64,000 nt of DNA, from positions 1-64,000 of the IMG/VR virus record IMGVR_UViG_3300026549_000054. The stretch is one strand, 5' to 3'. This DNA comes from a virus (taxonomy: Duplodnaviria; Caudoviricetes). The notes beneath the pieces are model-generated. The model saw nothing but the letters and a program-made list of their open reading frames with translations. It had not been told where the DNA came from and made no database searches. Positions within the stretch are counted from its first letter, which is position 1. Every line of letters starts with the position of its first letter. Below, piece by piece: positions 1 through 11,129 of this stretch. The position numbers and the translations under genes were made by a program.

Positions 1-399
1 CCAATGGCATTTAGCAGCAAGACCAAGAGCGAAGTCTGCGGTAGAAGCGTGGAAACGATTACAACCAGCATCTCTCAACAATCCACGGAAAATAGCATCA
101 GATTCGTCACGGGTAAATAGTCCGAAGCCCTTATTACCATATAACGCATCGTGAACTACGCCAGCAAGATTATACAAATCGTTTTTCTCGTCCCAGGATT
201 TCAAAAACCATCTGAAAATTCTTGGAACAGAAAGACCATCGCATTTAAAACCTTTGGCGAATGAAAATTTTACATATTTTCTTTCACCACGGTAATCAAG
301 CATTAAGATTATTGATGCATCATTCTTTAAAGTATGTAAATCACCTTTGGTAGTCCAGTTGAATTTTTCGGCTGTTTCGCCTTTTACACTAACTGACAT
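1..399 (-). CDS. DUF1353-like protein (3' end runs off window)
   Basis: Manual translation from ATG at 399 (SD AAGGAG): ...KGFKCDGLSVPRIF...AGVVHDALY...ESDAIFRGLL, matching DUF1353 motifs. Absent from the ORF track because it is truncated. Confidence 0.65.
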   Translation of the reverse strand, partial: MSVSVKGETAEKFNWTTKGDLHTLKNDASIILMLDYRGERKYVKFSFAKGFKCDGLSVPRIFRWFLKSWDEKNDLYNLAGVVHDALYGNKGFGLFTRDESDAIFRGLLRDAGCNRFHASTADFALGLAAKCHW

Positions 400-477
400 G
401 ATTTTACTCCTTAAAACAAGAACACAATCATATCATCAACATCACAAATTTAGTTTACTATATATTTATGAGTTTTG

Positions 478-1140
478 TTAGGTATTTTCTTGTGCGGTAT
501 AGAAAAATTCTTCAGGTGTCGCATAAGTAATGGCATCTGCTGAATCCAACATATCTTCATATTTCTTTAATCTTTCTTCTGTTAAGAAAGCATCAGTTTC
601 TATGGTCTTTAGAACAAGTTTAGCTTCTCTAAATGAACCTGTTTGAACAAGTGAAATAACTGCCATTAGTTTTTGTGCGATTTCCAATGGAGTAACAGTT
701 TGGAAATCAGTAAAGATACATTCTTCACGGAATAATGAAATGAAATCACTACCTACAGAAATGTTATAATTAACTTCGCCTGCTACACCATCTATTGCAT
801 TTATTTTATCTACATTTTGATTTAATTCTCGTTTAAATCTATCTAAAGAAACAAGTTTTCTTTCTTCTTCAGGTTTAGAAACTTCTATGAAATCATAAAC
901 TTTATGATTTTCGTAATCTTCTATGATATATGGTGCTTCTTTAGTCCACCAATCTTTATTCATATAAACTACTTTACCATCTACTTCTACAATTCTGCTT
1001 ACATATTTCATACCAATTTCCTCAGTGAAGATACAATCATCTTCTAATATTCCTGATTTGTTTAACATTTCTTTGGCAAATTTCATATTATCAAATCTGC
1101 CAATGAATTTAAAATTTCCTTTATTTAGAACATAAATCAT
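478..1140 (-). CDS. hypothetical protein, possible tail-fibre assembly/accessory protein (paralog of 5103..5432)
   Basis: Follows a fibre-like gene; C-terminal segment resembles 5103..5432. Confidence 0.4.
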   Translation of the reverse strand: MIYVLNKGNFKFIGRFDNMKFAKEMLNKSGILEDDCIFTEEIGMKYVSRIVEVDGKVVYMNKDWWTKEAPYIIEDYENHKVYDFIEVSKPEEERKLVSLDRFKRELNQNVDKINAIDGVAGEVNYNISVGSDFISLFREECIFTDFQTVTPLEIAQKLMAVISLVQTGSFREAKLVLKTIETDAFLTEERLKKYEDMLDSADAITYATPEEFFYTAQENT

Positions 1141-1141
1141 T

Positions 1142-2770
1142 TTAAGCTCCCATCAAAACTTCATACTTGTGGTCAGTACTTAATGTTATTCCATTTAAAT
1201 CTGTTGAAGTTCCATACATTTCATCAAAATAACTACTACGATTAAATGATGATAGTTTAGCTTTCATATTGTCTGTTTCATCTGTCACTGGACTATTTTG
1301 TTTGTTTACAAAATACTTAGTTTCTCCAATGCTCGTTACTTTGTAAAATCCCTTACCTTGCCATCCCTCAGAACCAGCATCATACCAAATGTCATCAGTA
1401 GCAAAATAAATATCATCTACTGATACTGTACTTATATTTGGAGCAGAAGTAATTTCAGCTTTAATTGTCATTTGTGTATTACAACTATAAAATCTATTTT
1501 TTACAAAAATACTGCCAGTTGTATTTCCAGTATATTTAAATATAGTACCTTCTTGTGGTTCTGAAGAAATAATGTTAGTATAATTACTTTGTTCAGATAC
1601 CAAAATTGCATCACCAGATTTTACAAATGCACCCGTAATACCAAGTTCACTTGCTGGACCACTATAATAACCTACTTCTCCATTATTTGCTGCAAGCATC
1701 CAAATATCTTTATCTGTAATTTCGCCTCTATAAGTAAATGCTAATTTACATTTATAAATGTGATTTGTTTCAAATTTGTTTGATGCTCCAGTGTATTTAG
1801 CATAATGATTAAGAGAATTAACAGATAACATATCAGTTTCACTCGGTTTAAAACCATCATAAGTTAATGACGATACATTATAAGGGTCATTAGGAACATT
1901 TATATTTGCAGTTGTATATCCTACAATACCAAGAATACCACCATTTCTGTAATAATAATGATTGTTATTATTTGCGTGTTTTATTTTAATAAAGTATTTT
2001 TCAAATCGTTTTAACGAAAAGGTACCAGTATCTAAACCAGTCAAATCTATTGTAACATAATTATATGTTATACCACCTATTTCTTTTGTTGTAATAGATG
2101 GTGTATTTGAATACAGTATTTTTTTATAAACACATATACCACTTTCATGTATAACATAAATTTCAGTATTACCAGTACCAACAAATGTAGTAGCGACTTG
2201 TAAAGTCTTAATCTCTACAGGTGTGGGTGATGTATTTTGACTGACAACCATCCAAACATCATTTGTAGAATTATCTTCAGTTAGTGTATATGGTATAACT
2301 ATATTATTTTGTGTTGCAACTGAACCAGTATCAAGAAAAGAACCACCTGCTTTTGAATAAACTCTACAACCAGCATACGAAAATTCACCTTTAGTGTTAT
2401 CGTATCTAGTATCAGATATACTTTCCGTTTGTTTGTACTTATTAATTAAATCGGTTATAGAAACTTCATTCTTATTAGTGACAGTTTGGTTTGTTATACG
2501 ATAAGAAGGTAATACATCATTAACAATATATGAAAAATCTGTATAATGGTCTAAACTACTTGTAACATCTACACCATTCTTCATTACCTGAACTGAAAAT
2601 TTTTGTGTATTGCTATCACCATCTATAATAAGTGTACAAGTGCTATCATAAGGAACATACCCTTCTTTTTCCCAAATGAGTGTAGTTCCGAAATATATCT
2701 TGGCAACTGGAATGTTACCGAAATACATTTCAGGAATATGTTTATTTCCAAATAAGAATTTATCTAACAT
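1142..2770 (-). CDS. putative tail fibre/structural protein
   Basis: N-terminal 'MYFGNIPVAKIYFGTTLIW' motif typical of phage tail proteins; Thr/Asn/Tyr-rich beta-type composition. Confidence 0.5.
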   Translation of the reverse strand: MLDKFLFGNKHIPEMYFGNIPVAKIYFGTTLIWEKEGYVPYDSTCTLIIDGDSNTQKFSVQVMKNGVDVTSSLDHYTDFSYIVNDVLPSYRITNQTVTNKNEVSITDLINKYKQTESISDTRYDNTKGEFSYAGCRVYSKAGGSFLDTGSVATQNNIVIPYTLTEDNSTNDVWMVVSQNTSPTPVEIKTLQVATTFVGTGNTEIYVIHESGICVYKKILYSNTPSITTKEIGGITYNYVTIDLTGLDTGTFSLKRFEKYFIKIKHANNNNHYYYRNGGILGIVGYTTANINVPNDPYNVSSLTYDGFKPSETDMLSVNSLNHYAKYTGASNKFETNHIYKCKLAFTYRGEITDKDIWMLAANNGEVGYYSGPASELGITGAFVKSGDAILVSEQSNYTNIISSEPQEGTIFKYTGNTTGSIFVKNRFYSCNTQMTIKAEITSAPNISTVSVDDIYFATDDIWYDAGSEGWQGKGFYKVTSIGETKYFVNKQNSPVTDETDNMKAKLSSFNRSSYFDEMYGTSTDLNGITLSTDHKYEVLMGA

Positions 2771-2773
2771 TCA

Positions 2774-5122
2774 CTAACTCTCTAATATAATATGTAAGAT
2801 ACCATCATCTGTTAGTCCGTCGGTAGTATTAGCAGTTACGGCAGGAATTAAGAAACCAACTTGATTGCCATTGTGTTGAACTTGAACTAACTGGTCATTA
2901 GTTGTATTTGGGCTGATGTTAATTTGTGTAGTATGACTGTTCGCATCATCTACCTTCAATGCCAACGGTCCGCTACTTCCAAGTCCGATACGTCCATTTC
3001 CATTAACATTTTCTCTAGTAATCTTTAAGAACTGCGTGTCAAAGTTACCTCCTCCGCTTACAACAAGCTCGCCAGATACTGTTCCACCAGATAATGGAAG
3101 ATAAGCACTTAGACCAATATCACTCCAACCTGTTGTAGTTAAAGCATATTGTTTTGTCCCAGTAATTGTATTAGATGAACTTGTTACAAATGTGGCAGAA
3201 TCAGTTTCATATTTAGCAGTAGTTAGATAATTACTCATATCTTCTTTCTTTTGGTATCTACCATCGGCTTCAGTCTTTGAATAGTAGTTTGAGGATAATG
3301 GCATCCAACCTGTTGTAGTACCTGGGCCAGTTAATGTTGAATAAATTAAATAATTATTATTTAAAACAGTTTGTGTTGTATCTGGTTTGGTTACAAATGT
3401 TGCAGAATCATTGGCATATTGTGCAGTTCCTAATTTTGCTGAAACTTCATCCCATCTAGCACTAGCAGCCGTTAATGTATTAACATTAGTTGTGATACTT
3501 ATTGGTGCATAATCTTCATCAGCACTAGATTTTGTTAGGAATGTTCCACTAACATCACTAAATGCAGTGGTATCTAGTTTACTAGAAACTGATGTTATAG
3601 CATTATACGCGGTTTGTGATAAACCTAGTTTACTATTATCCGCATTACCTTGTCCAGTTAATGTTTCATCGTGTATAACTTGTGTCATTCCACCACCTGG
3701 AAGAGTTAATACCTTCCAACCGGTAGTAGTCATTACATAATTTGTATCTTGTGTAGTTACATTACTACTTGTAACATACTTAGCAAATTCAGTAGATAAC
3801 TCACCTGCACCACTGGTTTCGGATTTTGTGTAATAGTTTGTTAGTGATTGGTGAGCAGTCAACCATTTTCCTGCTGCACTATATGCAGTCAAAACATTAT
3901 AAGATGCTTCCCAATTACCACTTGCATTAGCATAAATGGATTTATCCAATTTACCAGTTATATCATTAGCAACAAGATAGTTACCTGTTGGTTGATAAGT
4001 TGTACTAGCTTCACTTTTTGTTAAGTAGTCTTCCATATCAGTTTTAGTTTGATATATAGTAGAAGCTACACTAGAATCCAATTTCGCAGAAACTTCGTTC
4101 CAACTTGCACTAGCACCTGTCAAGTTGTTTACAGTAGCTGTAATTGTCTTTGGAGCATAATCATTGTCGGCACTTGTCTTTGTTAGGAATGTAGCACTAT
4201 CACTAGCATAAGTAGCTTTTTCTAAATATGTTTGTTCAGCTGCAGTAGTATCTAATTTATCACTTACTTTATCCCAATTACCACTTGAAGATTTTAATGT
4301 ATTTACGTCACCAGTAACACTATTTGGAGCATATAAAGTATCTGCACTTGTTTTTGTTAATTTAGAACTTACTGCTTCAATTTGTTCTTTATATGCTTGT
4401 GCAATACCAACATTCCATTGTGAAGTTACTGAACTATCTTTTGTAGCAACAATACCATCATAACCACTTAATGTTGTATCAGTAACAGTTGGTTGAGCAG
4501 TTAATTCCAAAGTCCATTTTATATTATTACCATCTTCTGCAGATGCAGCGAGAATGTTACTATCACCTACTAAAACTGTTCCCTTAATAGAACTTACACT
4601 AGAAATAGCTGATAATTGTTCTTGTGTTAAATTATCTTGTTTACTTCCAAAGGCTGTTTCTAATGCTTCTTTACTACTTGTTTCTGTTTTCTTGTAGTAC
4701 AAAGAAAAATCACCACTAACTGCTTTCAAAGCATCTATATCAGCCGTTGTAGATAAAGGAGCATATAATGTATCAGCACTAGATTTTGTTAAATAAGTTT
4801 GACTTGCGTGTTGTGTAGTTTCATAACTAGCCATTCCGGCCGTAGTTTGATAATTAGCACTATCTGTTAAATCAGATACTTTAGTTGGTATTGGTTGATT
4901 TAATTTTTCAACGGCTTCAGTTGTTAAACTAATTGTATTATTGGTGTTATTAACACTAACATATCCTTCACCAGTATAAGTTTTACCTTCTCCACCACCT
5001 CCTCCAGCAGTACGAACTGCAGAAAGTGTCAATGATAGATTTTCCACTTCTTCATTTGTTAATGAAACCGGATAATTTGTAACTAATTTATTTAAATTTC
5101 CCTTATTCATATCTATCTTCAC
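2774..5122 (-). CDS. tail fibre-like repeat protein
   Basis: Repeats LTKxSADxxYAP, (S/A)SxxWxxVSxKLD, DSATF; YLPLSGGT fibre motif. Confidence 0.7.
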   Translation of the reverse strand: MKIDMNKGNLNKLVTNYPVSLTNEEVENLSLTLSAVRTAGGGGGEGKTYTGEGYVSVNNTNNTISLTTEAVEKLNQPIPTKVSDLTDSANYQTTAGMASYETTQHASQTYLTKSSADTLYAPLSTTADIDALKAVSGDFSLYYKKTETSSKEALETAFGSKQDNLTQEQLSAISSVSSIKGTVLVGDSNILAASAEDGNNIKWTLELTAQPTVTDTTLSGYDGIVATKDSSVTSQWNVGIAQAYKEQIEAVSSKLTKTSADTLYAPNSVTGDVNTLKSSSGNWDKVSDKLDTTAAEQTYLEKATYASDSATFLTKTSADNDYAPKTITATVNNLTGASASWNEVSAKLDSSVASTIYQTKTDMEDYLTKSEASTTYQPTGNYLVANDITGKLDKSIYANASGNWEASYNVLTAYSAAGKWLTAHQSLTNYYTKSETSGAGELSTEFAKYVTSSNVTTQDTNYVMTTTGWKVLTLPGGGMTQVIHDETLTGQGNADNSKLGLSQTAYNAITSVSSKLDTTAFSDVSGTFLTKSSADEDYAPISITTNVNTLTAASARWDEVSAKLGTAQYANDSATFVTKPDTTQTVLNNNYLIYSTLTGPGTTTGWMPLSSNYYSKTEADGRYQKKEDMSNYLTTAKYETDSATFVTSSSNTITGTKQYALTTTGWSDIGLSAYLPLSGGTVSGELVVSGGGNFDTQFLKITRENVNGNGRIGLGSSGPLALKVDDANSHTTQINISPNTTNDQLVQVQHNGNQVGFLIPAVTANTTDGLTDDGILHIILES

Positions 5123-5432
5123 CCTCTGCTAATGATTTAAGTAACCAAGTTTTAATTCCTTCTAAACCAGGTATTTCTATCGTTTCAATAACTTTAATAG
5201 CTGATTGGAACATTCCATATTCAATATAAGGAAGAACACCCATATATTTAGCGAAATCAGTACCATCAAAAGAATCAAGTTGTTTAATGAAATCGTTAAT
5301 AATTATGCGACCAATGTACTGGTTCCACTCTAAACCTGATAGCCTTACAGGATATGTAGCATTATAGATTATTCTATTTGCTTCTTCCGAAGTATCTTTC
5401 TCTAACTGATATTTGTTATATGATTTTACCAT
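5103..5432 (-). CDS. hypothetical protein, possible fibre accessory/chaperone
   Basis: Lies between two fibre genes; similar to C-terminus of 478..1140. Confidence 0.4.
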   Translation of the reverse strand: MVKSYNKYQLEKDTSEEANRIIYNATYPVRLSGLEWNQYIGRIIINDFIKQLDSFDGTDFAKYMGVLPYIEYGMFQSAIKVIETIEIPGLEGIKTWLLKSLAEGEDRYE

Positions 5433-5435
5433 AAT

Positions 5436-8400
5436 TTAATTTCCTGTAACTATTTTAACATTTCTAATAGCAAAATATGGGCGACCAGCAGCATGTGCTT
5501 CTACAATACCCTGTGAAGTATATGGGTCTGATGTAGAAGAAGGTGGGTAACTATTATATTGCCAACTGAATCCCATTTGGTTAAAATTTAAGTTTGGTGA
5601 ATAACCATCTAAACCTTCATATAATGAAGCGTGAATACAGTTAACATTCGTAATAGTAATACCTGGTTTCAAGTTATTAACCTGTGTATTATAACCTGGT
5701 GCACCAAACAATGTTATACCATTTGTATCACCGGCTTTATAAGATAAGTAAATGGTAGCATAATAGAAACAACCAGGTTTCATTTCGTGGGTTGTTTTTG
5801 TACCTAAGTTCTTAACATCATATTCAGCATAACCCTGTTGTAATTCAATTATACCAGTATCGCACAATGCTTCTGTTTTACCGACTTGTTGTGTATCTGG
5901 ATTTACATAGTCAGGCTGGTATTCATAGATGCCAAGAATTACTTTTTTATTATCACCTGACCATTGTTTAGTGTATATACCAATTTTAGTCTTGTAGTCA
6001 TTATTTGAACCAGCATAGATTTTGTGTGTAATAGGGCAAGTGAACAAATAACCAATTAACATACCACCATTACTTGGTGCATATTGTGTCTGATTTGCTA
6101 CTTGTAAATCAGCAATAGTAATCATAGCAGGTGGATAGTTGTCAGTAATCTTTGTATCAAGTGATTCTTGTAATTCTTGTACAATTTCAACAACTTCATT
6201 AACATCACTATCAATAGTTACTGCTTGTACACCTTGAGAATCATCAAATTTTAATCCTTTACCAAGTTTAACTTGTATAGCATTACTTTCATTAAACTCT
6301 AAACCATTACCTATTTTAGCTGCAATAGTATCGTTTCCAATACTAATACCATTACCAGCTTGATAATTGCCGGCACCACCTTCAATTTGTGAAGGCATAC
6401 TTACAATTTCGTGAATGTTCAAATTAGAGATAGCAAATGTTTCATTTGTCTTAAAGTTTTCTACACTGATTTCTATTGGAGTATCATCAGTTGTAATTCT
6501 TATGTCAAATGATAAATCAACAGTTTCTGTATGAGCATAAGAACCATCTATCATTTGAGTAATTGTAGCGACAGTAGGTATTGATTTAACAATTACATCA
6601 TAATAATTATTATCTGCAGTTGTTACATTGAAATTAGTTTGTGCATCAATGTGATAGAATCCTTTCTTTAACAAAATTTTGTCATTTGTCAATGTAATCT
6701 TTGTAGGATTTACATTCAAATCTTCATTGTAACCATTAACTACTGCACTTGTAGTGAATACATTAGAAGATGTACTGAATTTGGCAAAACCAATTTCATT
6801 ATAATTTTCCAAACCAACGATATATTGGTCTGAACTTTCATCATAATAAGCACTAACACCACTAATACCAGATATACCAGGAATAGTATTAACACCCAAA
6901 TTATATTGAATGTTACCACTAGCATCAGTTGTGGCAGTAATGCCTACACTATCATCTGTTGATGTTAATGTGGTATTGTGTAAACCACTAACACTTATTT
7001 CATTATTATTTCCTGAAATGACAATGTTCTTACCAGCAGTGTATGTTGTATCATTATCTTCTAGCTTTACCCATTTGATAGTATTACCATCATTTGTCAA
7101 TCCATAAGTTTCATTCGCACTTATTGTACTTGTACTAGAAGTTACATAATTACCTTTTCGCTGATATGTATCTTCTGCTTCTGTTTTAGTCAAGTATGGT
7201 GTTAAATCTAATGATGTATCACCTATGCATTCCCAAGCAGTTGTTTGTTCAGCTGAAGTATAAATCCATTCACTATATTTGTCATTACCTGTTACACTAG
7301 AATTTTTAACAAGGTAAATTAACTTTGTTGAAGGGTTTTGTACATCTGGATGTCCTTCTCCTGAATTTGCAGTTGCGAAACCACCGAACTCTGGCATTTC
7401 CATCCATTCGTTATCTTTCAAGATAAGCATTTTACCAGATAATGAATCACCTGCAGAAGTAATGTATTTTCCACTTACATAGAACTGATGGTCATTTAAT
7501 GCCAATCCTATGCCAGCAGTATATTTGTCATTTGCAAATGAACTTGTACCATAAGCGGTAATAGTATTGTTTTCACCATTAAACTTATTTTCTACAGTAG
7601 TAACTGCATTATCACTAGCTGCTTCAATAGCATCAGTCCAATCTTTACCACTAATTGTATGGTTTGTGATGTTAATGTTTTGACCAGCACTATAAGTTGT
7701 TACATCCCAATTTGCAGTAGCAGATGTGTAAACTACTTTTTCAAATTCGGCACTTACTACATCAATAGCACCGGATAAGAAAGAACTTGTTGTGTTCAAT
7801 TCACCACTAAGGTTATTTACTTTACTACTCAATGCTGTTAAGTCAGCAGAATTTGCTTTTGACGATACTTCATTCCAGTTAGCAGAATGTGAAGTAACTT
7901 CGTCTGAAGCTGCATCCCATTTAGCACTATTAGTGTTTACATTATTATAAACAGAATCCCAATTAGATGAATTTGTCTTTAAATTGCCAACATCATTTTC
8001 AATACTTTTTACATATTCATCATAATTAGCTGACCAAGCGGTGAAGTCATTTTTATCTAACTTTGAAGATACTTCATTCCATTTACCACTTGTTTCACTA
8101 ATCAAATCAAGTGCATTTGCGGAAAGATAATCACCTTTCTTTTGATAATTTTCATCTACCCAAGACGAAAGAGCATAGGCAGACATTGCTGATTTGTCTT
8201 GTTTTTTAGGTAATTCACCATTAACGAAATCTTTATACTCATCAAATACAGTTTTATCTAATTTATTTGTATTTAAAGTAGAACTGGCAGTATTTAATTC
8301 ATCCTTTGTTGCTAAACCAATGATGTCATCTTCTTTCAACCAATCAGCAGAATTGGCAGTTAATGTAGTATAACCGTCATTCCATTTTGCTGAATTAGAT

Positions 8401-8777
8401 ACAACAACATCACTAGCATTTTCCCATTTGGCACTTGGGATAACTTGGTGAGCAGTCAAATAATGCTGAGCATCGGTCCAAGCAGTAGCAGCAGTATATG
8501 AATTAGCACTAGCTTCTTTAATTGTTGGGAGCCAGTCACTGCTAGGTGGCAAAATGAGTTCTTCCCATTTATTATCTTTCAATACAAGTTGTTTACCAGC
8601 AGAAGCAGGGTCTGCAGAAGTCAAATACTTACCACTAACTGATATAATATCGTTTTCAATTTTTATACCAGAACCAGCGCTATAAACTTTACCGACTTGT
8701 AATGGTTGTCTTACACCATTTTCGTCATAATAATAAAGCTCACTATCGTAATAAGTATTGTGCTTTTGAACTGCCAT
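5436..8777 (-). CDS. long tail fibre-like protein
   Basis: 1113 aa; repeated YxAGxGIxI knob motifs and NSAxW coiled repeats; late promoter at 8811-8818. Confidence 0.75.
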   Translation of the reverse strand: MAVQKHNTYYDSELYYYDENGVRQPLQVGKVYSAGSGIKIENDIISVSGKYLTSADPASAGKQLVLKDNKWEELILPPSSDWLPTIKEASANSYTAATAWTDAQHYLTAHQVIPSAKWENASDVVVSNSAKWNDGYTTLTANSADWLKEDDIIGLATKDELNTASSTLNTNKLDKTVFDEYKDFVNGELPKKQDKSAMSAYALSSWVDENYQKKGDYLSANALDLISETSGKWNEVSSKLDKNDFTAWSANYDEYVKSIENDVGNLKTNSSNWDSVYNNVNTNSAKWDAASDEVTSHSANWNEVSSKANSADLTALSSKVNNLSGELNTTSSFLSGAIDVVSAEFEKVVYTSATANWDVTTYSAGQNINITNHTISGKDWTDAIEAASDNAVTTVENKFNGENNTITAYGTSSFANDKYTAGIGLALNDHQFYVSGKYITSAGDSLSGKMLILKDNEWMEMPEFGGFATANSGEGHPDVQNPSTKLIYLVKNSSVTGNDKYSEWIYTSAEQTTAWECIGDTSLDLTPYLTKTEAEDTYQRKGNYVTSSTSTISANETYGLTNDGNTIKWVKLEDNDTTYTAGKNIVISGNNNEISVSGLHNTTLTSTDDSVGITATTDASGNIQYNLGVNTIPGISGISGVSAYYDESSDQYIVGLENYNEIGFAKFSTSSNVFTTSAVVNGYNEDLNVNPTKITLTNDKILLKKGFYHIDAQTNFNVTTADNNYYDVIVKSIPTVATITQMIDGSYAHTETVDLSFDIRITTDDTPIEISVENFKTNETFAISNLNIHEIVSMPSQIEGGAGNYQAGNGISIGNDTIAAKIGNGLEFNESNAIQVKLGKGLKFDDSQGVQAVTIDSDVNEVVEIVQELQESLDTKITDNYPPAMITIADLQVANQTQYAPSNGGMLIGYLFTCPITHKIYAGSNNDYKTKIGIYTKQWSGDNKKVILGIYEYQPDYVNPDTQQVGKTEALCDTGIIELQQGYAEYDVKNLGTKTTHEMKPGCFYYATIYLSYKAGDTNGITLFGAPGYNTQVNNLKPGITITNVNCIHASLYEGLDGYSPNLNFNQMGFSWQYNSYPPSSTSDPYTSQGIVEAHAAGRPYFAIRNVKIVTGN

Positions 8778-8934
8778 TTATAAACCTCTTAAACAATATA
8801 TTTTACAATATATTTATGACTTTAAATGAATATGAACTCATTAAATGCTAAATAGAGTTTATATTGTATATTATAACTTTAGTCTAAAGTATCAAGCAAT
8901 TCATTTAATTTCCAATTTTTCTTATGATGATTAT

Positions 8935-9479
8935 TTAACCAATTTCCTGTTTAAAATATGGTAATGCTAATTTGGCTAATTTAGATGGGCATTTATTATC
9001 TGTAAATTCAATATAATTACTATAATCTTTTCCTAAAAATGTAGTATCTTTATTAGTATTTAAATATATGAATTTATAATTTCTTATTAAACATTCTTCT
9101 TTAATTTCATTGACTAATTCTATTGTATCTATTTTTGGTTTTGATGACATCAAATAAAAAATTAAATTATTTTTATCAATTCTTTCGGAACGTCTCAACC
9201 AATTAGATTCAGTCAAATTTTTATCTTTATAATGGATAAAATAACTTTTAGCTCCATTTTCTAATTGAACTGCATAAGAATTTTTACTATTTTTTCAGGT
9301 ATATATTGGTTACTTGCCGAAACTAAATTTATGTTCTGAAAATTTAAATCTTTTGCATCCTTAACTATTTTCAATATGTCATATAAAAAAGTTTGTGACC
9401 AAATAAAAGGACTTGTATATTTAAGCCCCAATAAATTATATGTATATGCACCCAAACAATTATTACTTATAATAGTCAT
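8935..9479 (-). pseudogene. DUF1919 (exopolysaccharide biosynthesis) family gene split by a frameshift
   Basis: N-part TIISNNCLG..LGLKYTSPF and C-part FIHY...WLRRSERIDKNNLIF are in different frames; one extra A in the A6 run (9290-9295) would join them. Confidence 0.7.
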
Positions 9480-10257
9480 TTTTTATAAATTCATTAAATT
9501 TAGAATCCCTATATCTAATTTTAGATATTTTATCACTAACATAATTCAAATTATTGTATTTAAAATTCCATTCTTCTGGTCCTTTATATCTACAATGCAA
9601 TAATCTTACAAATTCAGTTGTATGATATAAATTTGTTGAATAATTTTTTACAATCTTTTCGCCATCTGAAAGTAAAGCACCAAAAGGTTGTTTAGAATGT
9701 AATGGAACATGACCGCCAGATGGATTTTCCCAAGTTTCTTGATAATGTATAATGCCATCTCGTTTTACAAAAGTTTTAACACCAAAATCACCAAAAGAAA
9801 ATAGATTTGCAATTTTATAGTTTTCTTCAGTACAATATTCAAATATATTTCTACCATTTCTTTTTTCTTTAAAATCTTTTGGAAATAAATGCTTCCATCT
9901 TATAGCAAATAAATGTAAATCTTTATGGATTGTTGAATAAAATTTTAATAAATCTTGAACAGATTTGAAGTTATTTTCAAAATCAAGATATTCGTCATCA
10001 TCTATTGGTATTATCCAATCAGCATTAGACTTTTCATTTATATAAGTATCATATAAAACATATTGTCTGGCATAATCTTTAACATTTTCATAAGTTATCC
10101 TATCATCATTTTTTATTATTTCTGGTATATCTATATAACTTTCATTATCTATTATATGTAATCTATCAAATTTACATTTATTTAAATGCCAATCAATCCA
10201 AAACTTCAAATCATCAGAATTAAAATGTTTTGTCAATAATAATGCTTCTACAATCAT
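9463..10257 (-). CDS. glycosyltransferase (GT2/GT92-like, GT-A fold)
   Basis: WIDWH...IIDNES...WIIPIDDDEYL (DxDE motif), HxRYKGxEEW. Confidence 0.85.
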   Translation of the reverse strand: MIVEALLLTKHFNSDDLKFWIDWHLNKCKFDRLHIIDNESYIDIPEIIKNDDRITYENVKDYARQYVLYDTYINEKSNADWIIPIDDDEYLDFENNFKSVQDLLKFYSTIHKDLHLFAIRWKHLFPKDFKEKRNGRNIFEYCTEENYKIANLFSFGDFGVKTFVKRDGIIHYQETWENPSGGHVPLHSKQPFGALLSDGEKIVKNYSTNLYHTTEFVRLLHCRYKGPEEWNFKYNNLNYVSDKISKIRYRDSKFNEFIKNDYYK

Positions 10258-11129
10258 AATTCAAATTTAGATTTTTTATTAAATATTTTATCAAGTCTAT
10301 TAATTATATATTGCATATTTTTATCATTATTTACATAAGCATCATTAAAACAAATAACATCACTTTTATCAAATATATTATCTATTTCATCTATTGTTGT
10401 ATCATCTTTTATTCTTATACAACCATTAGTATTTAATTCCGAATAATTTATTGTAATGTTTTTATAAATTTGATACATTTCAAATAAATACCAATTTACA
10501 TCAGTTAATTTTCTAATTCTTGAATCAATTAAATTTAGATATATTTTATTTTTTAGTAAAGACCAGACTTCATTCATAACTGATTTTAATAATGGACTAG
10601 GTAAGTGCCAATTTTTATACATTTCTTTTGTATTACATAATTCTTGAAATATTTTTATTGAAGATTTATGACAACCATATAATTTTTCAAATTCAGCTTC
10701 ATTGATATTTTGGATTTTTAATACTGGTCTATTATTTCTAAAATAATTTGTTGCTTTCTGTTGTTTTAAAAATATTATATCATCATTTGTAATAATAAAT
10801 TGTTCAGATAAATCTTTTATTTCATTAAAAAACATTTCTATTACATTTGAATTAAAAGTTGGCAAAAATAATTGTGGAATATAATCTTTATGATATACGA
10901 TTTTTACATTATTTGTATTCAACCATTCTGGTATTTGTGATTTCATTTGAACCACAATGAATACATTTTCTATAAATTGCATATTTTCATCTATACTTCT
11001 AAATAGATATTTTAATAAACCATTATCTCTATACTGATTAATAGAAAAACTAGGTATAGTAAATGATTTATTATACCTAATTTTCCATTCTTCATCATTA
11101 CAATTTACATAAGGAAATATTATATCCAT
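10254..11129 (-). CDS. Stealth family sugar-phosphotransferase (capsular polysaccharide type)
   Basis: Stealth CR1 (DIIFPYVN..D..W), CR2 (YRDNGLLKYLFRSI..., PEWL, LPTFNSNVIE, NDD) and CR4 (ICFND). Confidence 0.9.
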   Translation of the reverse strand: MDIIFPYVNCNDEEWKIRYNKSFTIPSFSINQYRDNGLLKYLFRSIDENMQFIENVFIVVQMKSQIPEWLNTNNVKIVYHKDYIPQLFLPTFNSNVIEMFFNEIKDLSEQFIITNDDIIFLKQQKATNYFRNNRPVLKIQNINEAEFEKLYGCHKSSIKIFQELCNTKEMYKNWHLPSPLLKSVMNEVWSLLKNKIYLNLIDSRIRKLTDVNWYLFEMYQIYKNITINYSELNTNGCIRIKDDTTIDEIDNIFDKSDVICFNDAYVNNDKNMQYIINRLDKIFNKKSKFEL

